Source: Eledone cirrhosa (Eukaryota). From it: DNA of 64,000 nucleotides. The stretch is from positions 321,284,001-321,348,000 of the forward strand of contig OZ024742.1 in assembly GCA_964016885.1 (NCBI GenBank), in the 5' to 3' direction. The position numbers were made by a program, and so were the translations under genes. Of this stretch, positions 1 through 12,589 are shown piece after piece (position 1 is the first letter of the stretch; every line of letters starts with the position of its first letter). The notes beneath the pieces were generated by a model that worked only from the letters and a program-made list of their open reading frames with translations, was not told the DNA's origin and did not search any database.

Positions 1-1990
1 TTGTTGTTGTAACTGCTGCTGTTGTCGTTGTTATATTTGTTGTTATAATTGCTGCTGTTGTTGTTGTTGTTATATTTGTTGTTGTAACTGATGTTGTTGT
101 TGTTATATTTGTTGTTGTAACTGCTGTTGTTGTTGTTGTTATATTTGTTGTTGTAACTGCTGCTGATGTGTCATTGTTATATTTGTTGTTGTAACTGCTG
201 CTGTTGTTGTCATTGTTATATTTGTTGTTGCAACTGCTGCTGTTGTTGTTGTTGTTGTTATATTTGTTGTTGTAACTGCTGCTGCTGTTGTCGTTGTTAT
301 ATTTGTTGTTGTAACTGCTGTTGTTGTTGTTGTTATATTTGTTGTTATAATTGCTGCTGTTGTTGTTGTTGTTATATTTGTTGTTATAATTGCTGCTGTT
401 GTTGTTGTTGTTATATTTGTTGTTGTAACTGCTGCTGTTGTCGTTGTTATATTTGTTGTTATAATTGCTGCTGTTGTTGTTGTTGTTATATTTGTTGTTG
501 TAACTGATGTTGTTGTTGTTATATTTGTTGTTGTAACTGCTGTTGTTGTTGTTGTTATATTTGTTGTTGTAACTGCTGCTGCTGTTGTCGTTGTTATATT
601 TGTTGTTGTAACTGCTGCTGTTGTTGTTGTTGTTATATTTGTTGTTGTAACTGCTGCTGATGTTGTCGTTGTTATATTTGTTGTTGTAACTGCTGCTGAT
701 ATTGTCGTTGTTATATTTGTTGTTGTAACTGCTGCTGCTGTTGTCGTTGTTGTTATATTTGTTGTTGTAACTGCTGCTGTTGTTGTTGTTATATTTGTTG
801 TTGTAACTGCTGCTGTTGTTGTTGTTGTTATATTTGTTGTTGTAACTGCTGCTGCTGTTGTCGTTGTTGTTATATTTGTTGTTGTAACTGCTGTTGTTGT
901 TGTTGTTATATTTGTTGTTGTAACTGCTGCTGCTGTTGTCGTTGTTATATTTGTTGTTGTAACTGCTGCTGTTGTTGTTGTTGTTATATTTGTTGTTGTA
1001 ACTGCTGCTGCTGTTGTCGTTGTTGTTATATTTGTTGTTGTAACTGCTGCTGTTGTTGTTGTTATATTTGTTGTTGTAACTGCTGCTGCTGTTGTCGTTG
1101 TTATATTTGTTGTTGTAACTGCTGCTGCTGTTGTCGTTGTTGTTATATTTGTTGTTGTAACTGCTGCTGCTGTTGTTGTTGTTATATTTGTTGTTGTAAC
1201 TGCTGCTGCTGTTGTTGTTGTTGTTATATTTGTTGTTGTAACTGCTGCTGCTGTTGTCGTTGTTATATTTGTTGTTGTAACTGCTGCTGCTGTTGTCGTT
1301 GTTATATTTGTTGTTGTAACTGCTGCTGATGTTGTCGTTGTTATATTTGTTGTTGTAACTGCTGCTGATATTGTCGTTGTTATATTTGTTGTTGTAACTG
1401 CTGCTGCTGTTGTCGTTGTTGTTATATTTGTTGTTGTAACTGCTGCTGTTGTTGTTGTTATATTTGTTGTTGTAACTGCTGCTGCTGTTGTCGTTGTTAT
1501 ATTTGTTGTTGTAACTGCTGCTGCTGTTGTCGTTGTTGTTATATTTGTTGTTGTAACTGCTGCTGCTGTTGTTGTTGTTATATTTGTTGTTGTAACTGCT
1601 GCTGCTGTTGTTGTTGTTGTTATATTTGTTGTTGTAACTGCTGCTGCTGTTGTTGTTGTTGTTATATTTGTTGTTGTAACTGCTGCTGTTGTTGTTGTTG
1701 TTGTTATATTTGTTGTTGTAACTGCTGCTGCTGTTGTTGTTGTTGTTATATTTGTTGTTGTAACTGCTGCTGCTGCTGCTGTTGTTGTTGTTGTTATATT
1801 TGTTGTTGTAACTGCTGCTGATGTTATTGTTGTTATATTTGTTGTTGTAACTGCTGCTGCTGTTGTTGTTGTTGTTATATTTGTTGTTGTAACTGCTGCT
1901 GCTGTTGTTGTTGTTATATTTGTTGTTGTAACTGCTGCTGATGTTGTCGTTGTTATATTTGTTGTTGTAACTGCTGCTGATGTTGTTGCC
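1..1990. repeat. Compound minisatellite of (GTT)n/(GCT)n with recurring core GTTATATTTGTTGTTGTAACTGCTG, unit about 33-42 bp
   Basis: The core repeats dozens of times with variable GCT/GTT counts and runs off the window start. Confidence 0.97.
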
Positions 1991-2139
1991 GCTTAAACAA
2001 AAAAGAACACAAATGTCCGAGTGGTTTAATGAAGCAATTAACCAATTAACCAATTTAGCAATTAAGCAATTTAACAATTAAATCAATTAAGCTAAATTTG
2101 CTATCTTTAAATTGAAGGGGAGCTTTCATAAACTCACAC

Positions 2140-2650
2140 ACCCGCTCACACTCTCACACATACGTGTACACAGAAGGACACAAACACTTATTCATATACA
2201 TATATACACACGCTTATCACACACACACACACACATTCATATATATAGAGACACGTGCACATAAACATACATACGCTCATTCATACAGATACATTTCCAC
2301 AAACACACTGACGCACGCACATTCACATTGTCGCACTCACGAACATATGCAAACTTACATACATACATACATACATACACACATACACACACACACACAC
2401 ACATACATACACACATACATACACACATACATACACACATACATACATACACACACATACATACACACACACACACATGCATATATACACACATACATAC
2501 ACTCATGCATACAGATGCATTTTCACACTGACGCACGCATACCCACATTGCCGCACTCACGGACACATGCAAACTTACATACATACACACATACATACAC
2601 ATATACATACATACATACATACATACATACATACATACATACATACATAC
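2140..2650. repeat. (CA)n/(ATAC)n compound microsatellite with an internal ~65-bp duplication
   Basis: Simple repeats; CACACTGACGCACGCA...CAAACTTAC occurs at ~2303 and ~2524. Confidence 0.9.
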
Positions 2651-2960
2651 ATGGTGGCTGCCAACTCGTTTTCGAGTACGGCCACTACTTTATATCCATG
2701 TAGGAGAACCCCTACTGATGCGCTGAACGAGTGTGACTTTTTAGTCCAGCCAGCGACTTGAAAGCTCTGGTACAAACACTACACTTGTGACAATTATTGA
2801 CACATAGTGCTGGGCCCATGGTACCATGTGACGACAAATGCAGAGAGATCTCCAGATATAAAGCAATGCCTGTGCCGCGAAGCTTTTATAGTGAGCAAAG
2901 GCACTGCACAAAGCCAGTCCCACTCTCTTAACCAAGATGATATTTACCAAAAAGAAGAAC
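2651..2960 (-). mobile_element. Non-autonomous RTE-derived element, copy 1 (5'-truncated)
   Basis: Near-identical to 11250-11570 and 31667-31980. The minus strand reads HKCSVCTRAFKSLAGLKSHTRSAHQ*, then a stem-loop and (TATG)n. Confidence 0.85.
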
Positions 2961-3116
2961 ATACATACATACATACATACATACATACATACATACATAC
3001 GTACGTACATACACGCACATACATACACACATACATACACACATACATACATACATACACAGATAACACTAATTACAATATTTACTATAAAGATATACCG
3101 ATATAATCAGAAACCA

Positions 3117-3345
3117 CTCCACCACCTCCCTACCATCACCCCACCACCTCCTTACCATAATCACTACCATGAACCCCACCACCTCCCTACCATAATCACT
3201 ACCATGAACCCCACCACCTCCCTACCATAATCACTACCATCAACCCCACCACCTCCCTACCATAATCACTACCATCAAACCCACCACCTCCCTACCATCA
3301 CCCCCACCATCTCCCTACTATCACCCCCAACACCTCCCTACCATC
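3117..3345. repeat. ~35-bp minisatellite (CCCCACCACCTCCCTACCATAATCACTACCAT)
   Basis: About 6 tandem imperfect units. Confidence 0.85.
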
Positions 3346-3412
3346 ATCATCATCATCACCTCACTATCACCATCACCACCCCGCCACAACTATCGTATTT
3401 TAATACTGCCAC

Positions 3413-3630
3413 AGCCGGTTGGCAGAAATCGGTAGAGCGTCGGACAATATGCTTTGTGGCATAGAGTTACGTCCCTTTACACTCTGAGTTAAAATCCCGT
3501 CGAGGTTAGATTTGCCTTTCATCCTTTCAGGTTCGATAAAATAAAGAACCAGTAATGCACTGGGGTCGATTTAATTGACTTTCCGCTCCCCCAAAATTGT
3601 TGGCCTTGTGCCTAAATCAGAAACCAATAT
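3413..3630 (+). mobile_element. tRNA-derived SINE, full length (octopus OK/OR-like)
   Basis: A-box-like TGGCAGAAATCGG, B-box-like GAGTTAAAATCC, body GCCTTTCATCCTTTC..GATAAAATAAAG.ACCAG, tail GGCCTTGTGCCTAAA..AGAAAC. More than 10 homologues in the window. Confidence 0.88.
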
Positions 3631-4130
3631 TACCACCACCAACAACATCAACACCATTACCACTACCACTACTACCACTGCTAATATCACCAACGTACCA
3701 CAACATTACCACTACCATCCCCACCCACCCCAACACCACCCTATTGTATATTAACATTAACCCTGCCAACAATACCAGCAACAACAGCTCTAATCTAGCT
3801 GACTCATGTTAGACAGCCACTTTCTGCCTTCAATTTTAGAATCAATTGTTCCCCGTGGTCGGATGATTAGCCCTGGACACTTGAACTTAGAACACAAAAT
3901 GCCAGAACAGACACCGCCTGTCAACCCGCCGACCCTGAACTAGGGTTTTCTTTCCATGACCTTAGAAAGGATAAAAGACAAAGTTTACCTCAGTGTACAG
4001 AGGGAAGAAATGGCGTAAGATATTCAATCCAACCCCTTACCGACTCTATCAACTGACCACCTGATCCAATTAGTCTAATATTGCGATGGATATCTCCAGT
4101 TTAGTCCAGTATGTTGCTGTTGCATAACTA

Positions 4131-4220
<90 letters not shown>

Positions 4221-4249
4221 ATATATATTTACATATATATACACATATA

Positions 4250-4331
<82 letters not shown>

Positions 4332-5013
4332 GTTCAAGAGTAACCAATCTTAAAGAGAGAGAGATAGTAGAGGAGATATGAGAGGAAAGATTGGTGAGTT
4401 AGTTAGAAGCCAAAGCGTAAAGGCATGTGCTCAATGTGCAATATGCAGTAGAAAGCAGCTAGGTGGCTGGGTTCATGCAGAAGTTAGGTGCGCAGAGCTG
4501 GAAATATTCATTAGTTAAGCAAAACAAGACGACAAACTTCACAAGGAAGACATTATTAAAAGATTGTCAACATATTTTAGTTTGATGTAAGGAATGTAGA
4601 GAATAATAATAATAATAATATTAATAATAATAATGTCTGTTTACAATTGTTTCGCTACTCCATATAATATTTCTGGATCAGATGACTATATATCATAATT
4701 GATCTGGTTCAGTTGAAAATAATTAACATATTTAAAAAAAACAGAGTGGGTCATCGGAACTCAAAGGAATATAAATTAAAATAATGTTACATAATATAAT
4801 GTTCCATATATTGGTTTTTACTATGGTGTCTTGGTTGCATCAGCTGTCAGCCATAATCAAGCAGTATTCATCTGTCGAGGCTGCATTGCGTGAGATCTGC
4901 CTATGGGTAACAAGATGGCTGCCAAAGGGCATATTTACCTTACTAATTAGAGGGTGGTTTCAGGGGAAGTAACTTCTCGAGAGATTAGAGATTGTGTGTA
5001 TTAACTATAAAAT

Positions 5014-5044
<31 letters not shown>

Positions 5045-5118
5045 CAGATTAAAGTTTAAGCAAAGAATCGCTGCTTTCACCCTTAACGGGATCTTCTGAA
5101 ACTAAAAACGTCAATCTG
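5045..5118 (-). ncRNA. HHR-like motif, inverted copy of 7327-7400
   Basis: Reverse complement of the motif at 7327-7400. Confidence 0.6.
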
Positions 5119-5347
5119 TGAACGCAGAAGTAAATATTTCAAAAAACGTTGCAACCGAAGGAAGACAGGAAGACGATACTTTGGTTCGTGGAAACGTTCC
5201 CTGACAAAGAACAGAAAAAACGAAGATAATACGCCATTATTTGGTGCAGTGAAAACAATTACATGCGAAGACAAAACCACGTTTATGGTATAAATGAAGT
5301 CGTAGACTAATATTCTATTAGGTGGTTCATGGAGACGTTCTCTGGCA

Positions 5348-6217
5348 ATGAACGGAAAGCTTTCCCGTCTATCTACAAACGAGCATATTTTCAACGACCA
5401 TTCCACATATTACAATGAAGCTCTTGCTCGGAGTGGATTTGTCGATAAGGTAGCTTATACAGAGTACGAGAATAGACCTAGCAAAAATAGATCTCGACGC
5501 ATTATATGGTGTAACCCACCATATAATATGGAGGTGGCCACACCTTTAGCTAAGATCTTTCTCTCCCTTATTATGAAGCATTTTCCACCAGCGCATAAAT
5601 ATAGTAAAAATTTTAATAGAAATACCATTAAAATTTCTTACTCTACAACTCCTAACCTTGCACATAACATCACAGCTTCAAATTTAGCTAAATCACCTAG
5701 CCGTAGGAACACATGCAACCCTGTAGCTAGAACAAACTGTAATTGTAGGAATCGGCTTGACTGCCCCCTATCCGGGAAATGCCTCTCTAGTAACATTGTC
5801 TACAAATGTAAGGTTGAAACACCCACGTCCCGTAGGGTTTACATAGGGTTAACCGCCAATAGATTCAAGCAGCGTCTTTACATGCATACCCATTCTTTTC
5901 TTAGCTCTTTAAGAAGGAATATGACGTTACTTTCAGCTTATATCTGGAGTCTAAAAGACGACCACACCCAATATAAGTTACACTGGGAGATCCTAGCTTG
6001 GGCAAGATCGTATAACGGAAATAAAAGACCATGTGACCTGTGCGCCGCTGAGGCCCTGGAAATACTCTACGCCAAAGACCACATCTTAAACAAAAATTGT
6101 GAGGCAATTTCGGTTTGTAAACATAAATTGCACAAAACTTTCCTGTATTACAGCCCACATTATACCCTAACGGATAGTACAAACTATACGCGGATATTTT
6201 ACGTCTTGATGTGGTAG
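5348..6217 (+). pseudogene. PLE ORF C-terminus (RT thumb/linker plus GIY-YIG endonuclease), Hydra-type
   Basis: Motifs R.IIWCNPPY, FNRNTIKISYS, CNCRNRLDCPLSGKCL, NIVYKC...VYIGLT...FKQR, LS.YIW.LK, CDLCAAE, LNK...CKHK. The RT catalytic core is absent. Confidence 0.9.
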
Positions 6218-6549
6218 CTAAGTATATGTTATGTTAATACCATTACTTATTCGTATAGGTAAGTATATATTACCTGTATGTTTTGTGAAGGTACGTATAT
6301 TTGCTTGTATATGTTATTGGCGTATATATTATATATACTCGTACATGTGTATTTGGTTATGTGTATACGGGAGTTTTGCGTCTGTGTGAGTATGTTGGTT
6401 CGTACGTATGTAGGGTGTGTGTATGTGTGTACTTTGTGTTTTGGTTGACGTGCGTCCGCGAACATATGTGTCTTTACATGTGGGTGTGTGTGTGCGCGCG
6501 TTGTATACGTATTTATGTGTGTATATTTATATACGTTTATTTAATTATG

Positions 6550-6652
<103 letters not shown>

Positions 6653-7326
6653 GTATATATATATATGTTTTTTGTTATGTGTATTTGGTGTATACGTTCG
6701 TATGTGTGCGGTACAGGCGTTGCGTGGGTTCTGTATGTGCGTGTGTGTGTGTTTTTTTGTTTTGTTTTGTTTGTTTTTTTGTGTTTTTTTTTTGTTTTTG
6801 TTTTGTTTTTGTTTCTTTTGTGTGTACGTGCTTGTATTTGCATACCCATGGGGAGTGGTATTCGCGTATGCCTGTGTATGTACGTATATGGATGTGTGTA
6901 TGTATATATTTAATTTCAATTACCTTTGTATTTGATTTACTTTATTCTTAACTCTGAAGCCGAGAATCATACGGTTCCCTAAATAGAATTTTAGTCTACG
7001 ACTTCAGTTATAGCATTTACGTGGTTTTGTCTTTGCGTGTAATTGTTCTCATTGACCCACATAATGGCGTATTATCTTCATTTTTTCCGTTCATTGCCAG
7101 AGAACGTCTCCATGAACCACCTAATAGAATATTAGTCTTCGATTTCATTTATACCATAAACGTGGTTTTGTCTTCGCGTGTAATTGTTTTCACTGCACCA
7201 AATAATGGCGTATTATCTTCGTTTTTTTTTTCGTTCTTTGCCAGGAAACGTTTCCACGAACCAAAGTATCGTCTTCCTGTCTTCCTCCGGTTGCAACGTT
7301 TTTTTAAATATTAACTTCTGCGTTCA

Positions 7327-7400
7327 CAGATTGACTTTTTTAGTTTCAGAAGATCCCGTTAAGGGTGAAAGCAGCGATTCTTTGCTTAAACTTTAATCTG
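7327..7400 (+). ncRNA. Type I HHR-like motif with variant core CAGAAGA
   Basis: Stem I AGTTT/AAACT with extension CAGATTGA/TTAATCTG; CAGAAGA 7347-53; stem II CCC-GTTAA-GGG; GAAA 7367-70; stem III GCA/TGC; triplet CUU. Confidence 0.65.
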
Positions 7401-7499
7401 TTATTTTAATAAATATTTGCTCTACGGTTCTTATATATCTGATATATATTTATCCTTATCGAGCCCTCTTTGGATTTTAGTTTTCAAATTTATTATTAT

Positions 7500-7550
<51 letters not shown>

Positions 7551-7555
<5 letters not shown>

Positions 7556-8020
7556 GCAAGTTTGAAGAATTATTAGATAAAGTATATCCACTCTTCCTTC
7601 ACCCTAGTCCGTAGAAATCAACTAGATAAATAATCCTTTAAACGGAGCTATAAGTTTAAAATGTAACGATGAAGAAATAATAGATAAATGATACAGACTA
7701 TTCTCTGCGAGGAACAGTCAGATAAAATTTATCTAGTCTTTCCTCTTAACTAGACAAATAATCAATTAAACGGAGCTAAGTCTAAAATATAAGTTAGAAG
7801 AAAAAATGCATATAAACTTTACCAAAATTCCTCTAGTGCCGACTATCGATAGTTTCGCTCCTACTTCGTGGATATGTCCAATCCTGGTATTATACATGAG
7901 GTATAGAGCTTATCAAGAGACTCCCTCATGTTTGGACTAAAATTTCTATAGTGATCTCCGCCAGAAATGAATTCAAAATGGCTAAGAATCATCACGTGTC
8001 TAGTGGTCAAAGTAGAAGGT
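7551..8020 (-). mobile_element. PLE pLTR remnant (family shared with 25850-26100 and 60480-60890)
   Basis: Shares blocks such as TTTAAACG.GCTATAAGTTTAAAAT...ATGAAGAAATAATAGATAAAT with ~60590-60640. It carries an HHR motif and has (TA)n flanks. Confidence 0.7.
7835..7922 (-). ncRNA. Type I HHR, U3-A8 variant
   Basis: Minus strand: AGUCUC-UUGAUAA-GCUC...GAGC-GAAA-CUAUCGAUAG(palindrome)-UC-GGCACU. Confidence 0.7.
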
Positions 8021-8060
<40 letters not shown>

Positions 8061-8084
8061 ATTAAATAAATGGAAAACTATATT

Positions 8085-8183
8085 TATAAAACCATATTTA
8101 TTTCATTATATATATTTCGGGGATATCATATTAACAATATGCTATGCCTTCATCAGACAAAATACAATATAAACAGTTTTATA
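8085..8183 (-). ncRNA. HHR, inverted copy of 10992-11090
   Basis: Reverse complement of the motif at 10992-11090. Confidence 0.75.
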
Positions 8184-8722
8184 GATAAATAGATTCGACA
8201 TACCGTAATAACACCGACTTCATTTGAAGAGGTTTACGCTGGCAGTGAAAAAATTTTATATAGAGAGAAAGAAAGAGAGAAAAAAGAAAGAAAGACAAAA
8301 CGAAGAAAAGGAAGAAAAAGAAGAAAAAGAAAAAGAAGAAATGCATGGAACAAAATAGAGAGATGGAAAGATAGATAAAGCGAAGAACTTCATGTAAAGA
8401 AACAGAAAGAGACATATATATATAGAGAGAGAGGAAATAGAGATAGATACATATATATATAGAAAATTAGGTAGTGGGAGGTCATTTTGAGTAAATGTAT
8501 CAATGATACATTTATTTATTTATTTATTTATTTAGCTCAGGTATTAATGTAAGGGAGATATATATAGAGAAAAAAAATATAGAGAGAGGAAAAAATAGCG
8601 AGAGAAAAAAATTTAAAAATAGCCAGACATATTCGAGGCGCAAAAACCCTATGTTTTAATGTATTAGTATTTATAAAACTTACACTATATTGTAAATATC
8701 AGTATTCCTGAATGAGACAAGT

Positions 8723-9545
8723 GGGCAGGATATGCTGATAAGATTGTGTACATAGATAATGATAGACAAACTAAACAAAGTAACAACTTTTTTAATTACG
8801 GCAACAACATTAACAACTATAATAGAAAGCATTACAATAATTCCAAAGGACAAAAAAGAAATAGAACTAGGAACATAATTTGGTTTGCCCCCCCCCCCCT
8901 TTCTCACTAAACATTAAAACCCACATCGCTAAATTATTTTTCAAAGCTCTTGATAATCGCTTCCCTAGAACACATAGGTATCACTCAATTTTCAATAGGC
9001 ATACAATTAAATTAACCTACTCATCCACCAAAAATTTAGCACAAAATATTAATAGAATAAATAATAGGAACTTAAAACCTACTGATAATAGCATAAATAA
9101 TATACAAGTTAACAAATGTAACTGTAGAGATAGATCTAAATGTCCGTTAAATAACAACTGCTTAGTTAAAAATATAGTATACAATTGTAATGTTAATACT
9201 GACTCTAATTCTTTTAACTACGTCGGTTCCACATCGACGGAATTTAAACTTCGCTATAATAACCACAAGAATTCTTTCACAGATCCAAGTAAAAAATCTT
9301 CAACGGCACTATCAGGCGTACTCTGGCAACTTAAGCTAGATAACGTTAGATATTCGACGGCTTGGAATATAGTCTCAAGAGGGATTCCTTTTAATTCATC
9401 CTCTGAGACATGTGACCTCTGCGCAGAGGAGATATTCTTTATACTAAAATCTAAAAATTCCCTTAACCTACGGACAAATTTATTCAGTTGTTGCAAACAT
9501 AGATTAAACTCAACGTTTAAATATAAATTTAAATTTAAAATGTAG
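8723..9545 (+). pseudogene. PLE ORF C-terminus (linker plus GIY-YIG endonuclease), frameshifted near the poly-C at ~8890
   Basis: Motifs RNRTRNIIWF.PPFS, IFNRHTIKLTYS, CNCRDRSKCPLNNNCL, NIVYNC...YVGST...FKLRYNNH, CDLCAEE, LNLR...CCKH. Homologous to 5348-6217 but diverged. Confidence 0.9.
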
Positions 9546-10991
9546 TATATTTAGTTTGATTTATATTTATATGGGAAACTAGCCGATAAATTTTTTGATT
9601 CCTAAATCTTTGATTCCCTCTTTTTACTCTTTTTTTATTGTTTATTTTTATTTTATTTTTATCTAAACATTCCTCATGAAAAATTAAGCTACCCTAAAAG
9701 CTGATGCTCCAAATTTTTTTGAATTAACCTTACACTAGATAAACTTCTATATTAAATATAAGAACATATGTAGACCTAATTGGACATCATAATCTTTTTG
9801 AAATGATCTTTGCTAGATGTGATTTGATAGATAATTTTTGGCTTTGTCTTGTAATGAACTTGGCAATATATTGTCAATTAACTTTGAAGGGTTGTTCTTT
9901 GTGGTTTATTTTTATTTTTATTTATTTTTATTTTTATTTTTATTTTTATTTTTATTTTTATTTTTATTTTTATTTTTTATTATTGTAGTATTCTATAATA
10001 TTTTTTATTTTTTATTTTTTATTTTATTTTTAATATCTTTAATATGTAAATTTTTAATACGTAATATTTTTTAATACGTAGTATTTTTAATATGTAATAT
10101 TTTTATTATGTAATATTCTTTCGTAATATTTTTTTAGTTTTCTATTCTATATTTTTACTTATTATTATTATTGTTATCTTTTTATTTTTATTTTTAGTTT
10201 TGTTTATAATATATATTTTTATTAGTATATTGAAATCTGTTCTCTATTTCTGCTTGATAGATAATCTTGTAGAGTAATGACAGGAATAATAATACGCTCA
10301 AATTTTTATACCACATTGAGAATGTTTTCCGTGAACTTAGAGTTTGCAGAGTGAATCAGTTGGATTCGCATGGATGTTTGTAGCTGTCACATAAACATAT
10401 GAATTTTTTAAAACTAAACATAAGATAATTAATTTTCACACATTATGGATACTTGTCTCATTCAGGAATACTGATATTTACAATATAGTGTAAGTTTTAT
10501 AAATACTAATACATTAAAACATAGGGTTTTTGCGCCTCGAATATGTCTGGCTATTTTTAAATTTTTTTCTCTCGCTATTTTTTCCTCTCTCTATATTTTT
10601 TCTCTATATATATATATCTCCCTTACATTAATACCTGAGCTAAATAAATAAATAAATAAATAAATGTATCATTGATACATTTACTCAAAATGACCTCCCA
10701 CTACCTAATTTTCTATATATATATGTATCTATCTCTATTTCCTCTCTCTCTATATATATATGTCTCTTTCTGTTTCTTTACATGAAGTTCTTCGCTTTAT
10801 CTATCTTTCCATCTCTCTATTTTGTTCCATGCATTTCTTCTTTTTCTTTTTCTTCTTTTTCTTCCTTTTCTTCGTTTTGTCTTTCTTTCTTTTTTCTCTC
10901 TTTCTTTCTCTCTATATAAAATTTTTTCACTGCCAGCGTAAACCTCTTCAAATGAAGTCGGTGTTATTACGGTATGTCGAATCTATTTATC

Positions 10992-11090
10992 TATAAAACT
11001 GTTTATATTGTATTTTGTCTGATGAAGGCATAGCATATTGTTAATATGATATCCCCGAAATATATATAATGAAATAAATATGGTTTTATA
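10992..11090 (+). ncRNA. Minimal type I hammerhead ribozyme
   Basis: Stem I TATTTTGT/ATGAAATA plus distal TATAAAACTGT/ATGGTTTTATA; CTGATGA 11019-25; GAAA 11057-60; palindromic TATATA; UA at 11067-68. Confidence 0.8.
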
Positions 11091-11204
11091 AATATAGTTT
11101 TCCATTTATTTAATATTGTAAATATACTCCAAATATTTGTCGAGTGCTTTTATATCAGTTATAAATATTTACTAGTTGTAACCCAACAATTTTAAATATA
11201 ACTT

Positions 11205-11249
<45 letters not shown>

Positions 11250-11253
<4 letters not shown>

Positions 11254-11656
11254 TGGCTGCCAACTCGTTTTCGAGTACGGCCACTACTTTATATCCATGT
11301 AGGAGAACCCCAACCGTTGCGCTGAACGAGTGTGACTTTTTAGTCCAGCCAGCGACTTGAAAACTCTGGTACAAACACTACACATGTGACAATTATTGAC
11401 ACATAGTGCTGGGCCCATGGTACCATGTGACGACAAGTGCAGAGAGATCTCCAGATATAAAGCAATGCCTGTGCCGTGAAGCTTTTATAGTGAGCAAAGG
11501 CACTGCACAAAGCCAGTCCCACTCTCTTAACCAAGATGATATTTACCAAAAAGAAGAACAAGTCAACATCATTGGATACCATCAGAGTTGCAGGTGTTAT
11601 ATCAGAGTTTTCCTTCTAGAATTCTGCCTTGACAAAGGCTAAGGGGTTATCTCTTC
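11250..11656 (-). mobile_element. Non-autonomous RTE-derived element, copy 2
   Basis: Near-identical to 2651-2960 and 31667-32062, between (TA)n and (ATAC)n. Confidence 0.85.
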
Positions 11657-11758
11657 ATACATACATACATACATACATACATACATACATACATACATAC
11701 ATACATACATACATACATACATACATACATACATACATACATACATACATACATACGT

Positions 11759-11822
<64 letters not shown>

Positions 11823-12006
11823 TCTGACCGATTCTTTTGCAAATATTTTGTCATCGTGCGATTATTAGACAATATCATCGATATTATTGTGTGCCTATTA
11901 AAATTATTCCTTTATATATATATTATATAACGAAGGAAGTGTGGTAAGGAACCAGGTGGACCATAACGCACCAGAGTACTCGATACTTATGGTAGTAGAG
12001 TGGGTA

Positions 12007-12125
12007 ATAGGAAAAGAGTCAGAAGCCCGGCGGCTGAACCAACCCAGTAGTGAACACAACTGTGTTAGTTCAGATCTAGCTTCCGAAACGGCCGGAGCTC
12101 AGCCGCCGAGTCCTGACTCTTTTCC

Positions 12126-12128
<3 letters not shown>
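12007..12128 (+). mobile_element. Tiny PLE-like remnant: inverted repeat enclosing the 3' half of an HHR
   Basis: 12007-12039 is approximately the reverse complement of 12097-12128. GAAA-CGGCCG at 12085-94; (TA)n follows. Confidence 0.5.
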
Positions 12129-12162
<34 letters not shown>

Positions 12163-12589
12163 ATATATATATATAAAGGAATAATTATGATCAATACACA
12201 ATAATATCAATCATATATATATATATAGTTCAGGAGACAACAACCTACAGGTATTAAAGTTATAAATCAACTGCATTGAACTTGCTAGATTAAGAAAACT
12301 TGAAAAGTTTGTGGTCTTTTGTCATTGACTCTGATATCTCGACGATGTATTCAACAGTCGACCAACAAACCAACTAGACAATCGACACAACATGTATATC
12401 CAGACAAATTACTTACCTGGCAGCTAACCTTCTCCATGACCGATCACACGATCAATCATACGATTATATTGAAGAAAAAAGGATCAGTAGCTAGATGACT
12501 TGAACGGCTTGTCATAAGACCTTCTAGCATATCAGATGTACATCTATGTGACCAGATTATCATTCCCCGACTAAATGACCAGCCACAAG

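Larger units (their letters stand above)
8054..11210 (+). mobile_element. Penelope-like retroelement B: 5'-truncated, ~670-bp inverted pLTR, inserted in (TA)n
   Basis: 8054-8722 is a near-perfect reverse complement of 10451-11120 (the same 78-aa ORF appears on both strands in the track). It contains a GIY-YIG ORF and has (TA)n on both sides. Confidence 0.93.

Noticed and set aside
3840-3942. Possible plus-strand terminal exon (ESIVPRGRMISPGHL...*)
   Set aside because: It has only an acceptor-like site, no recognisable homology and no supporting exons.
8179-10996. Identical 78-aa ORF on opposite strands
   Set aside because: A by-product of the inverted pLTR over low-complexity sequence.
12411-12423. 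ACTTACCTGGCAG matches the U1 snRNA 5' end
   Set aside because: Similarity stops after ~14 nt; better explained as a minus-strand splice donor or chance.
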